NCBI GenBank assembly: GCA_963822445.1
Contig: CAWGHO010000002.1
Span: forward strand, 2,336,001-2,400,000
Length of the DNA: 64,000 nucleotides
Direction of reading: 5' to 3'
DNA from: an uncultured Acidobacteriota bacterium
GTDB lineage: Bacteria; Acidobacteriota; Thermoanaerobaculia; Gp7-AA8
Below, in pieces: positions 40,961-49,611 of the stretch. The position numbers and the translations under genes are program-made. Positions within the stretch are counted from its first letter, which is position 1. Each line of letters opens with the position of its first letter. Below the pieces are notes generated by a model. That model ran no database searches, was not told the origin of the DNA, and saw nothing but the letters and a program-made list of their open reading frames with translations.

Positions 40961-42432
40961 CCTGGGCCGATACCATCTACCTCCTGCCGGAGATCATCAT
41001 CGCCATCGGCGCGTGCGCGCTGCTGATTGCGCCGGTGACCGGTTTCCGCAGCGAGGGCGGGGGCGCGAAGTGGTCGATGCTGGTGCTGCTGGCGATTACG
41101 GCAGGATCGGTGATCGCCTGTTCGGCCGCCGTGACGGACATCGACCAGACCCGCGGGTTCGCGGCGATGTTCGCGCTCGATTCCTTCTCGATCTTCTTCA
41201 AGCTGCTGTTCATCGTCACCATCGCCTGCATCGTGCTGCTCTCCGATGACTTCTTCAAAGGCACGCGGTACTCGCCCTGGGAGTACTACTCGCTGCTCGC
41301 CTTCGCGCTGTGCGGCATGCTCTTCATGGCTTCGGGCATCCACCTGGCGACGATCTACGTAGGCCTGGAGCTGATGTCGCTGTCGAGCTACATCCTGGCC
41401 GGGTACTTCAAGAACGAGCAGAAGAGCACCGAGGCGGCGATGAAGTATTTCGTGCTCGGGGCGGTGAGCTCGGCGATCTTGTTGTACGGAATCTCGCTGA
41501 TTTACGGAGTCACGGGCACGCTCAACCTCGTCGAGGTCACGCGGAGCATGTCCACGCTCGTGTCGAACGACGCGCTGATGTTCGGGATCATGATGCTGGC
41601 CGCGGGACTGTGCTTCAAGATCGGCGCGGCACCGTTCCACGTCTGGGTTCCCGATGTTTACGAAGGCTCACCGACGCCGATCACGGCGTTTCTTTCGACC
41701 GCTTCAAAGGCCGCGGCCTTCGCGATCTTCGCGCGGATCTTCTACACCGGCCTGCATCACTTTCGGCTCGACTGGCAGTACGTGCTGGCGACCATCGCCG
41801 CGCTGTCGATGATCATCGGCAACCTCGCCGCCATTACCCAGGACAACATCAAGCGGATGTTGGCTTACTCGTCGATCGGACATGCCGGCTACGTGCTCCT
41901 GGGCATCCTGGCCGTCACGGAGATGGGGTTGTACGGCGTGCTGGTGTACTCGGTGGTCTACGTCTTCGCCACGCTGGGCATCTGGGCGACGGTGATGATG
42001 ATGTCCAAGCCGGAGTACGCCGGCGAGTCGGTGAACGACTTCGAAGGACTGCACCGTCGTGCGCCGTGGGCCGCGTTCGGGATGATCGTGTTTCTGCTTT
42101 CGCTCGGCGGCATTCCGCCGACGGCCGGGTTCATCGGCAAGTACTTCCTGTTCTACGCGGCCGTGCAGTCGGGCTTCGGATGGCTGGCCATCATCGCCGT
42201 GCTGATGTCGGCGGTTTCGATGTTCTTCTACTTCCGCATCGTCATGGCCATGTACCTGCGCGACGGCAGCGGCCAGGCGGAGATCGTGAACAATCGCCCG
42301 CTGCAGCTCGTCGCGGCGATCTCGCTGGTGATCACGCTGGCGTTCGGGATTGCGCCGCGGTATCTGATCGATCAGGTCACCGTGTCGGGGCGGGGAGTGG
42401 CGAAACGCGCGGCCCTGCTGCATGGACGATAA
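40957..42432 (+). CDS. nuoN: Complex I subunit N
   Basis: EAAMKYF, FKIGAAPFHVWVPDVYEG, KRMLAYSSIGH, GFIGK; ATGA overlap with nuoM. Confidence 0.95.
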   Translation: MTWADTIYLLPEIIIAIGACALLIAPVTGFRSEGGGAKWSMLVLLAITAGSVIACSAAVTDIDQTRGFAAMFALDSFSIFFKLLFIVTIACIVLLSDDFFKGTRYSPWEYYSLLAFALCGMLFMASGIHLATIYVGLELMSLSSYILAGYFKNEQKSTEAAMKYFVLGAVSSAILLYGISLIYGVTGTLNLVEVTRSMSTLVSNDALMFGIMMLAAGLCFKIGAAPFHVWVPDVYEGSPTPITAFLSTASKAAAFAIFARIFYTGLHHFRLDWQYVLATIAALSMIIGNLAAITQDNIKRMLAYSSIGHAGYVLLGILAVTEMGLYGVLVYSVVYVFATLGIWATVMMMSKPEYAGESVNDFEGLHRRAPWAAFGMIVFLLSLGGIPPTAGFIGKYFLFYAAVQSGFGWLAIIAVLMSAVSMFFYFRIVMAMYLRDGSGQAEIVNNRPLQLVAAISLVITLAFGIAPRYLIDQVTVSGRGVAKRAALLHGR

Positions 42433-42634
42433 GCAACGACGGAACGCCAAGCAGTTACTCGAGGCCTCGTCCCTCGGCTTCATGTTCCCGATCGCGATCG
42501 GCCTCGGATTCGGGTGGGGCTACTGGATGGACAAGGTCTTCGGGACCCGTCCGTGGCTCACCGTCATCTTCACGATCTTCGGGCTCATAGCCGCGTTCGT
42601 GAACCTCTTCCGCATCGGCATGCGCGATGGCTGA
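42422..42634 (+). CDS. AtpZ/AtpI family small membrane protein
   Basis: GFGWGYWMDKVFGTRPWL; upstream of atpI/atpB. Confidence 0.85.
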   Translation: MDDKQRRNAKQLLEASSLGFMFPIAIGLGFGWGYWMDKVFGTRPWLTVIFTIFGLIAAFVNLFRIGMRDG

Positions 42635-43010
42635 TGAGACGGCTCAGGTCCTGCGGCGCATCCGCTGGCTGGCCGTTGCGGCGTATCTCGTTTTCGCTGT
42701 TTTTTGCTCGATTTACGGGGGTTTTCGGGCTTTTCTCGGGTTGACTTGCAGTGCTGCCGTCACTATGATCAGCTTCCTTTGGCTGGAGGAGGTGGCGACA
42801 ATTCTCCTGCAGCCGGAGGCGGCACACCAGCACGCTCGGAGGCTGACGTTGCGCTCCCTGGCGCGCTTCGCTCTCCTGGGTGTGGCGCTCACGGTCACGA
42901 TCATCATTGCTCGTTTCAATGCAGTCAGTGTGTTGCTGGGATTCTCAGTGATCGTCGCGGGAATCTGCGGCGAAGCTCTGTATTCGCTGTACCGCAGTTT
43001 TGCGAAGTGA
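42627..43010 (+). CDS. atpI: ATP synthase protein I
   Basis: Four hydrophobic helices, position before atpB. Confidence 0.75.
   Translation: MADETAQVLRRIRWLAVAAYLVFAVFCSIYGGFRAFLGLTCSAAVTMISFLWLEEVATILLQPEAAHQHARRLTLRSLARFALLGVALTVTIIIARFNAVSVLLGFSVIVAGICGEALYSLYRSFAK
42741..42769 (+). promoter_or_regulatory. Internal sigma-70-type promoter within atpI, upstream of atpB-atpE
   Basis: TTGACT-N17-TATGAT. Confidence 0.6.
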
Positions 43011-43038
43011 GAAGTAGCGAGAGGTAGTCCGGAACCCG

Positions 43039-43752
43039 ATGGCACAGGAACACGAACACTCAATTCTCTACGAGCCGTTCAATCACACGGTGAGCAAGGT
43101 CGTCGGCCGTGAAGTGCACGTGCCCGATCACGTGATCATGGCCCTGCTGGTGCTGCTCATCAGCTGCATCGTCTTTCCGTTGATGCGGCGGAAGATCAGC
43201 CGCGACAATCCCAGCGGCTTCCAGCACGTGCTCGAGATGGTGGTCGACGGACTGAAAGGCCTGCTCGAAGACGTCGTCGGCCACGGCGCGTCGAAGAAAT
43301 ACATCTACATCATCGGCGCCTTCGCGTCGTTCATCTTCATTTCGAACATCTTCGGGCTGTTCTTTTTCCTGCAGCCGCCGACCGGCAATCCCAACACGAC
43401 CTTTGCTCTCGGACTGACGGCGTTCCTGTACTACAACTTCGTCGGCATCAGGGAAGTGGGACTGCTGCATTACCTCAAGCATTTCGCCGGCCCGATGCCG
43501 CTGCTGGCGCCGCTGTTCATCCCCATCGAGATCATCGGCCACACGGCCCGCATCCTCTCGCTGGGCATGCGCTTGTTCGGAAACATCTTCGGTGAGCACA
43601 CCGCCACCGGGATCTTCATGGGCATGCTTCCGTTCGTCCTGCCCTGGCCGATGATGGGGCTGGGCATCTTCGGCGCGTTCCTGCAGACCTTCGTCTTCTG
43701 CATGATGACCATGGTCTACATCGGTGGCGCGGTCACGGCGGAAGAGCACTGA
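43039..43752 (+). CDS. atpB: ATP synthase F0 subunit a
   Basis: SLGMRLFGNI, FLQTFVF. Confidence 0.95.
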   Translation: MAQEHEHSILYEPFNHTVSKVVGREVHVPDHVIMALLVLLISCIVFPLMRRKISRDNPSGFQHVLEMVVDGLKGLLEDVVGHGASKKYIYIIGAFASFIFISNIFGLFFFLQPPTGNPNTTFALGLTAFLYYNFVGIREVGLLHYLKHFAGPMPLLAPLFIPIEIIGHTARILSLGMRLFGNIFGEHTATGIFMGMLPFVLPWPMMGLGIFGAFLQTFVFCMMTMVYIGGAVTAEEH

Positions 43753-43799
43753 TCAAGAGTTCAAAACATTCGCGACTATCGCGAAAGGAGGAGAATCGA

Positions 43800-44117
43800 G
43801 TGAACAAGAAACACATTCTGCTAGTCGTCATCCTGCTGCTGACGGCCTTCTCGGCGTTCGCACAGACTGACGCGGCTGCTGCGCCGGTCCGGACCGGAGT
43901 GCGTTGGGGTGCGATCGCTGCCGCGTTCGTTCTCGGCATCGCTGCTGCTGCCGGCGCGATGGGCCAGTCTCGCGCCATCGTCGCTGCCTGCGAAGGCATC
44001 GCCCGCAATCCGGGCGCGGCCGGTCCGATCCGTCTGGCGATGATCATCGGCCTCGCGCTGATCGAGTCGCTGGTCATCTACGCGCTGCTGATCGCGTACT
44101 TCGTCCACGAGTTCTAG
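43800..44117 (+). CDS. atpE: ATP synthase F0 subunit c with N-terminal signal-like leader
   Basis: GIARNPG, GLALIESLVIY; SD AGGAGG; GTG start. Confidence 0.95.
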   Translation: MNKKHILLVVILLLTAFSAFAQTDAAAAPVRTGVRWGAIAAAFVLGIAAAAGAMGQSRAIVAACEGIARNPGAAGPIRLAMIIGLALIESLVIYALLIAYFVHEF

Positions 44118-44139
44118 GACAGCAGTTCCGGCGTCGACG

Positions 44140-44170
44140 AGCCCGGTGCCTCACGGCGCCGGGCTTTTTT
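44140..44170 (+). terminator. Intrinsic terminator ending the nuo-atp run
   Basis: AGCCCGGTGCC-TCAC-GGCGCCGGGCT-TTTTT. Confidence 0.85.
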
Positions 44171-44190
44171 GTGCTCGCTTTTCCGGCCAG

Positions 44191-44206
44191 TGGCACCGGC
44201 GTTGCT
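44191..44206 (+). promoter_or_regulatory. Sigma-54 promoter (consensus match)
   Basis: TGGCAC-CGGCG-TTGCT. Confidence 0.7.
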
Positions 44207-44231
44207 GACTCCGCTCTACCGGAGGTACGCC

Positions 44232-44399
44232 GTGAACTGGTTCAATCTGTCTTTCATCGGGTGGCTGATCGTGATCATCGCCCTGGCCCTGGTCGCGTAC
44301 AAATTCGACGTCCAGCCTTTCTGGATCGGCATCGGCGCGCTGCTGCTGCTCGGAGTGGGGATCATCACTTCGGTGAAGCACTCGAAGCCCCGCATCTAG
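44232..44399 (+). CDS. Small two-TM membrane protein (55 aa)
   Basis: SD GGAGG, GTG start, two hydrophobic helices, own promoter and terminator. Confidence 0.75.
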   Translation: MNWFNLSFIGWLIVIIALALVAYKFDVQPFWIGIGALLLLGVGIITSVKHSKPRI

Positions 44400-44421
44400 G
44401 GTCGGACGAAACTCGAGCAAC

Positions 44422-44452
44422 AAAAAAAAGCCGGCGAGGCGCCGGCTTTTTT
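44422..44452. terminator. Bidirectional intrinsic terminator
   Basis: A8-GCCGGCG-AGG-CGCCGGC-T6. Confidence 0.88.
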
Positions 44453-44484
44453 GCGTTTTCCGCGCGGACGCGGATGAGCGGTTC

Positions 44485-45498
44485 TTACTGTTCGTTGACC
44501 AGGCGGCGGATCGCGTCGATGGCCGCGGCCGCGGTGAGCTGTCCGTCGAGCGCGATCTCGCGCGACTCGGACCATTCTCCTTCGCGAAGAAGAACGTAGT
44601 GGACCTTCTGCTCGTCGCGAACGTAGAAGGCCAGGCGATCGTGATCGCCCTGAACCGCGCCCATCGTGCTGTTCGCGGCCGCTCCGAAGCGCGGTGCACC
44701 GGCGCCGCCTTCGCGCTTGCCAACCGGGATGCGAATGCGGCCGTCCGCTTTCGGCGGCTTGAACGCGGATACGCGAACGCGGTGAAGGCGCTCGCGCGCG
44801 ATGTCGCCGAACGTCAGCAGCACGCTGTCCTGTTTGGACGAGAGAGACATGACCGGCTTGCGGAGGACTGCCAGCTCTTCGGTAGTGAGGCTCGGGGTGT
44901 GCGCGCCATTGGGCGCGGGGATGAACTCGCTGAGGTCGAGATAGTTGATCTCGGCGACCTTCCCGTTCTCGAGAGCGAGGATCGCGTACTTCGCGCCTTT
45001 GTCGCCGCTGTGCGTGTCCATCTCCCACCAGGCAGCGTGGACGGTGATTCCGGTCTGGACATCGCCTTCGGAGGTGATCACGTCGCGGGTAACGGCGATG
45101 CTGAGATTCTCGCGGTAGTCGAACGGATCGCCGAAGGTCGTAGCCTCGCTCCAGACGCCTTCCGCGTCGACCGAGGAAAACAGCAGCCTGTTCTCCAGCG
45201 TGCCCTTGTAATGCAGCCAGAAGATGTACAGGACGCCGGACTGCGCGTCATACGCGAGCGTCGCGTTGGCGTGCGCGCCGGCGGCGTAGGTGGCCGGGAC
45301 GACTTCGCGAGTGACTTCGGTTCCGCGGCGCGTCGTGAGCACGAGGCGAAGTGCTGCCTCGGTCTTTTCCGTCGCCGCTTCTTCCTTCATCTCGACGGTG
45401 TACAGCGTTCCGTTCGGAGCGAGCAGCGTCTGCACGTCCTCAGCCGCGGCGAAAAGCGGCGTGAGGATCAGCGCGACCAATACCAGCAGCTTCTTCAT
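44485..45498 (-). CDS. Secreted hypothetical protein
   Basis: Signal peptide MKKLLVLVALILTPLFAAA; beta-rich. Confidence 0.75.
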   Translation of the reverse strand: MKKLLVLVALILTPLFAAAEDVQTLLAPNGTLYTVEMKEEAATEKTEAALRLVLTTRRGTEVTREVVPATYAAGAHANATLAYDAQSGVLYIFWLHYKGTLENRLLFSSVDAEGVWSEATTFGDPFDYRENLSIAVTRDVITSEGDVQTGITVHAAWWEMDTHSGDKGAKYAILALENGKVAEINYLDLSEFIPAPNGAHTPSLTTEELAVLRKPVMSLSSKQDSVLLTFGDIARERLHRVRVSAFKPPKADGRIRIPVGKREGGAGAPRFGAAANSTMGAVQGDHDRLAFYVRDEQKVHYVLLREGEWSESREIALDGQLTAAAAIDAIRRLVNEQ

Positions 45499-46379
45499 AG
45501 TTTCAAATTCACCATCGACCGCAGATCGATCGCGTACAGAACGTTCTTGAGATTCCGGAACTCGGGGTAGAAGCGCGCGAGCTCCGTGAAGTGGTAGTCG
45601 GCGCGATCTTCGTCGCCGGCCTTGTAGCAGGCTTCGCCGAGGAGGTAGTGAGCGTTGCGGACCTGGCGCGATTCACTCGCCAGTTCCAGACCGGACTCGC
45701 CGTAGAAACGGGACTTCTCGAAATCGCCGAGCTCCAGATAGCCGAAGCACAGATCGATGTGCGCTTCCGCCATCGCGGCGGAAGAGAGGATCGACGAAAG
45801 CGCGCTCTCGATGATGGCGACGCCTTCCGCGTGATTTCCTTTGAGAAGCTGCGACGCGCCGAGGTTCTGCAGGGCCGTGCCGTAGCTCAGCTTGTGCTCG
45901 TCGGCGTTCGAGACGCGGCCGATCAGCGTGAGCGCCTCTTCGAAGCACTCGATGGCCTGATCGAACTGCGAGTCGATCTCGTAGATGATGCCGAGGTCGT
46001 TCAGCGCGGCGATGCGCCAGAACGGTTGATCGGCGTCGTTCGCTGCATCGAGAGCGACGTGACCGTAGAAGATCGCGCGCTTGCTCTCGTTCTGAATGCG
46101 GTGTTTGAACATCAGCGCATACGCCGCGAGGAACACGTGATGCTCGTTGCGGCGGCGCATGAGGATCGACGCCAGCGCCTGGACCTCGGGGCCCGAGCGC
46201 TCGAGCGCGATCATCGCGTCGGCTTTGTTGATGGTCAGAAGCTCGCGGACTTCGTCATCCGTCGCGATCGCGAGCGCTTCGTCGTACAGCGCGAGCGCTT
46301 CCTCGTACTCTGCGGAACGGACATGCGCGAGACCGGCCTGGCGTAGTTCCTCGACCCGATTTTCTTGCTGTTTAAGCAT
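45495..46379 (-). CDS. Cytoplasmic TPR protein
   Basis: ALNDLGIIYE..AIECFEEAL, ALQNLG, AHYLLGEACY; overlaps both neighbours. Confidence 0.8.
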   Translation of the reverse strand: MLKQQENRVEELRQAGLAHVRSAEYEEALALYDEALAIATDDEVRELLTINKADAMIALERSGPEVQALASILMRRRNEHHVFLAAYALMFKHRIQNESKRAIFYGHVALDAANDADQPFWRIAALNDLGIIYEIDSQFDQAIECFEEALTLIGRVSNADEHKLSYGTALQNLGASQLLKGNHAEGVAIIESALSSILSSAAMAEAHIDLCFGYLELGDFEKSRFYGESGLELASESRQVRNAHYLLGEACYKAGDEDRADYHFTELARFYPEFRNLKNVLYAIDLRSMVNLKL

Positions 46380-46728
46380 CGGACTCTCCACCCTCCACCC
46401 CGTCGAGGTCACCCTCTTCCTGTGCGCGCTTGAACTCGATGAAGCTGTCGACTTCCTTCTGCGCGGACGGGCTGAGGGAGCGATACTTCTCGAAGACGTT
46501 GTTCGCACGATTGGTCTCGTCGAAGAAGTCTCCGATGGTCAAGTCGAAGCACTGCAGAATCTTGAGCAATGTATCCAGGCCGACTTTGTACTCGCCCTGC
46601 TCCATGCGCGAGAGATCGGACTGATGGATGCCGATCTTCTCGGCGAGCTCCACCTGCGTCAGCTTGCGCTGGCGGCGGAGTTGGCGGATTTTTCGTCCGA
46701 CGAGTTCGAGTTGTGCGGGCCTATTCAT
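46372..46728 (-). CDS. XRE/Cro-family HTH regulator
   Basis: IRQLRRQRKLTQVELAEKIGIHQSDLSRMEQG. Confidence 0.92.
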   Translation of the reverse strand: MNRPAQLELVGRKIRQLRRQRKLTQVELAEKIGIHQSDLSRMEQGEYKVGLDTLLKILQCFDLTIGDFFDETNRANNVFEKYRSLSPSAQKEVDSFIEFKRAQEEGDLDGVEGGESDA

Positions 46729-46783
46729 CGTGGGTTTCTTTGACTTTTATGCTATTGAACAATAAACTGCGGCAACTTTCAAT

Positions 46784-47587
46784 ATGCGGGTTTCGGATGT
46801 TCCTGTCAAGCCCGCCCGGTTCGCCGCCACGTACGCCACTCTCCACCTCCTCCGCGAGCTGATCAAGCGCGACTTCAACGCCCGATTCACCGGCTCGGCC
46901 CTCGGCCTGGCCTGGGCCGTCCTGCAACCGCTGAGTCTGGTTGCCCTCTACTGGTTCGTTTTCACGTTCATGATCCCGGGCGGCCGCGCAGGCGGGCTCG
47001 GCAGTTTCTACATCTTCTTTCTCATCGCCGGCCTCATTCCCTGGCTCGGGGTGAACGAAGGCCTGACCCGGTCGACCACGGCGGTGGTCGACAACGCCGC
47101 CATCGTCCGGCGGCTTCCGCTCCGCAGCGAGCTATTAGTAGTGGTGCCGAACGCCTCGGCCATGATTTTCCAGTGTGTCGGGCTCGTCATTTTCCTACCG
47201 ATGGTTGTGATCCAAGGGATCTCGCTCCGGTTTCTCTGGCTGCTTCCGCTCGCCCTGCTGCTGCAGCTGACGCTTCAACTGGGTGTCGGATTCTTCCTGG
47301 CGGCGCTCTACGTCTTCTTCCGGGACCTGACCCAGGTGATCGGGTTCGTCCTGTCCATCCTCTTTTATCTGAGTCCCATCCTCTATCCCGTCGGAGGCCG
47401 CTTCGAAAAGTTCTTTTCCTGGAATCCGATGACTCCGCTGCTCGGTTTGTTTCGCAGCGCCCTGCTGGCGTCTCCGTTACCTGACGCCGCCTCGATCGTA
47501 TTTCTACTGATCGTCGCGTCGGCGGTGTTCACGGGAGGTCTGCTGTTTTTCCGGCGGGCCCAGCCCACGCTGGTCGATCTCATCTAG
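46784..47587 (+). CDS. wzm: ABC-2 polysaccharide export permease (Wzm-like); start uncertain
   Basis: RDFNARFTGSALGLAWAVLQPL, FFRDLTQ, SPILYP, NPMTPLL. Confidence 0.88.
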   Translation: MRVSDVPVKPARFAATYATLHLLRELIKRDFNARFTGSALGLAWAVLQPLSLVALYWFVFTFMIPGGRAGGLGSFYIFFLIAGLIPWLGVNEGLTRSTTAVVDNAAIVRRLPLRSELLVVVPNASAMIFQCVGLVIFLPMVVIQGISLRFLWLLPLALLLQLTLQLGVGFFLAALYVFFRDLTQVIGFVLSILFYLSPILYPVGGRFEKFFSWNPMTPLLGLFRSALLASPLPDAASIVFLLIVASAVFTGGLLFFRRAQPTLVDLI

Positions 47588-47605
47588 TTCCACTCAGGAG
47601 AAAGA

Positions 47606-49345
47606 ATGTCTCGAAAGATTCTGTCGGTGGTCATTTCTCTCGGTCTCATGGCCGGACTCACGCCGTTGCATGGTCAGGACAAGAAGAAGACCACGCCGAA
47701 ACCGGCCGCTGCCTCGCAGACGATCGAGGGAGGCGAGCCCCGCTTTGTCCGTCCCGAGACACCGGAGCAGCGCAAGGAGCGTCTCGGCACGATCGAGGAT
47801 CCGGGACCGAATCCCGATCCAGACAAGATCTGGTGGCGCTTCGGAAAGCCGTTCAAGATCCAGCGCTTCGACCGCAAGTGGGCCGTGTACAGCGAAGACC
47901 CGCGCTTCCTGAGGCCGTTCGGCTTCGCGAACTTCACCGAAGAGCTCTACCAGGAAAACGACAAGTACGTCTGGGTCTGGATGGAGGAGATCGACGAGGA
48001 AGCGCAGAAAGAAGAAGCGAAGGAAGCGCTGCGCACCGCGCAGTATCGCCCGGTCGATGATGCCGGCCTCGCGTACTTCGAAAAGCTGCGCGAAGACTTC
48101 AAGCCGATCGATGTGCAGAAGAGCGACGTGCGGGTGAAGTTCGAGGAGTCATCGGAAGGTCTGCCGGCCGCGGGCTCGTGGCGTAACTCGCTCGACGTCG
48201 GCGACATGAACGGAGACGGATTCGCCGATCTGATTCTCCCGCCGCAGCGCGGTCCGGTCGGAACGCCCTCGATCTTCCTCGGCGACGGCAAGGGCGGCTG
48301 GAAGCAGTGGAAGGTGAACTTTCCGCGCGCCTTCAACTACGGCAGCGTCGCCGTCGCGGACTTCAACAAAGACAAGCATCTCGACATCGCCGCCGGCATC
48401 CATCTCACCGGCCTGGCCGTGTTTCTCGGCGACGGCAAGGGCAACTTCCGAGAGTCGTCCGAAGGACTGCCGAAGAACTTCCCGACGCGGCGAATCCGCG
48501 TGACCGACATCGATCGCGATGGATGGATGGACATCGTCACCATCAGCGAAGGTCCGGTTGGACGAGGCGTCGATCTGCAGGGCGCCGACTACTCGAACCT
48601 TCGCGGGTACCTCAACAAGAACAAAGGGCAGTCATGGGACGGCCTCAACATCTCGGAGCTGAAGCATCCGATCGGCGGAGACTGGCTCTCGGTCGGTAAC
48701 CTGAACGGTGACAAGTACCCGGACTTCATCGGTGCGAGCGTCTACTTCAACGGCGTCTCCACGATGTGGGTGAGCAAAGACACCAAGTCGTACGAGCTCC
48801 TCGACACCACCGGTTTCATCATTCCGTTCCGCTCGTACTACCACGCCAACACGGTCGGCCCATTTTCCTCGAAGGATCGGGATGACGCGGTCGTCGCGTA
48901 CGTCCGCTTGTGGCCGCAGCAGCTCGACCCCGAAGTCATTCCGGTGCCGCCATGGCCGAAAGTCGTCGGTCTCGATCGCATCAGCTACAGCGGTTCGCAG
49001 CCGAAGCGGACTCCGATCCTGCGATGGGAAGGGACGCGCCAGGTGCCTGGTCTCGGCCGGGGCGACTTCGACGCCGACGGCAAGCAGGACATCCTCTACA
49101 CCCGTTTCGATCCGCGCGAGGCGGTGATCCTCGTCGGCGATGGTGCGGGCAACTTCAAGCGTGCCGCCGTGGAGGGGCTGAATCTTTCCGGTCTGCGGAA
49201 CTACGACGTGACCGTGGCCGACGTGAACAACGACAAGCGGCCGGACGTGATCGTGATGTACGAGTCGGAGTCGAGCACGGCGTTCGCGAAGAAGAACGGG
49301 AAGGTCCAGGTCTTCCTGAATCGCGGCACGATTGCGGCACCGTGA
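47606..49345 (+). CDS. Secreted FG-GAP/VCBS repeat protein
   Basis: Signal peptide; DMNGDGFADL, DFNKDKHLDI, DIDRDGWMDI, NLNGDKYPDF, DFDADGKQDI, DVNNDKRPDV. Confidence 0.88.
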   Translation: MSRKILSVVISLGLMAGLTPLHGQDKKKTTPKPAAASQTIEGGEPRFVRPETPEQRKERLGTIEDPGPNPDPDKIWWRFGKPFKIQRFDRKWAVYSEDPRFLRPFGFANFTEELYQENDKYVWVWMEEIDEEAQKEEAKEALRTAQYRPVDDAGLAYFEKLREDFKPIDVQKSDVRVKFEESSEGLPAAGSWRNSLDVGDMNGDGFADLILPPQRGPVGTPSIFLGDGKGGWKQWKVNFPRAFNYGSVAVADFNKDKHLDIAAGIHLTGLAVFLGDGKGNFRESSEGLPKNFPTRRIRVTDIDRDGWMDIVTISEGPVGRGVDLQGADYSNLRGYLNKNKGQSWDGLNISELKHPIGGDWLSVGNLNGDKYPDFIGASVYFNGVSTMWVSKDTKSYELLDTTGFIIPFRSYYHANTVGPFSSKDRDDAVVAYVRLWPQQLDPEVIPVPPWPKVVGLDRISYSGSQPKRTPILRWEGTRQVPGLGRGDFDADGKQDILYTRFDPREAVILVGDGAGNFKRAAVEGLNLSGLRNYDVTVADVNNDKRPDVIVMYESESSTAFAKKNGKVQVFLNRGTIAAP

Positions 49346-49443
49346 CGCGCGATTGATGGTTGCGGTAGGGGAGTGGAAGCAGTATAGTCCTCGAAATTCG
49401 GCCAAGGGATATGCCGCAATCGCATAAAAAACCGTCTTGGGTA

Positions 49444-49472
49444 TTGACTTCGAGAATATTTCGCCATACTTT
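49444..49472 (+). promoter_or_regulatory. Sigma-70-type promoter with long leader
   Basis: TTGACT-N17-TACTTT in an AT-rich intergenic region. Confidence 0.55.
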
Positions 49473-49611
49473 TAGGCCAGTTCACTCGGGAATACCCGTG
49501 AGTTTTGTTGTCGCAGAATTGAAAAATTGAACACGGAGGTGATCGTATCGTTTGGATCGGGTGAGCAACCTTCGTTCGTTTTCAAGTCAACTTGATGTGT
49601 AGGAGATAGAA

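Noticed and set aside
49480-49611. Known riboswitch in the long leader
   Set aside because: No match to riboswitch consensus sequences that I can recognise; an Rfam search would be needed
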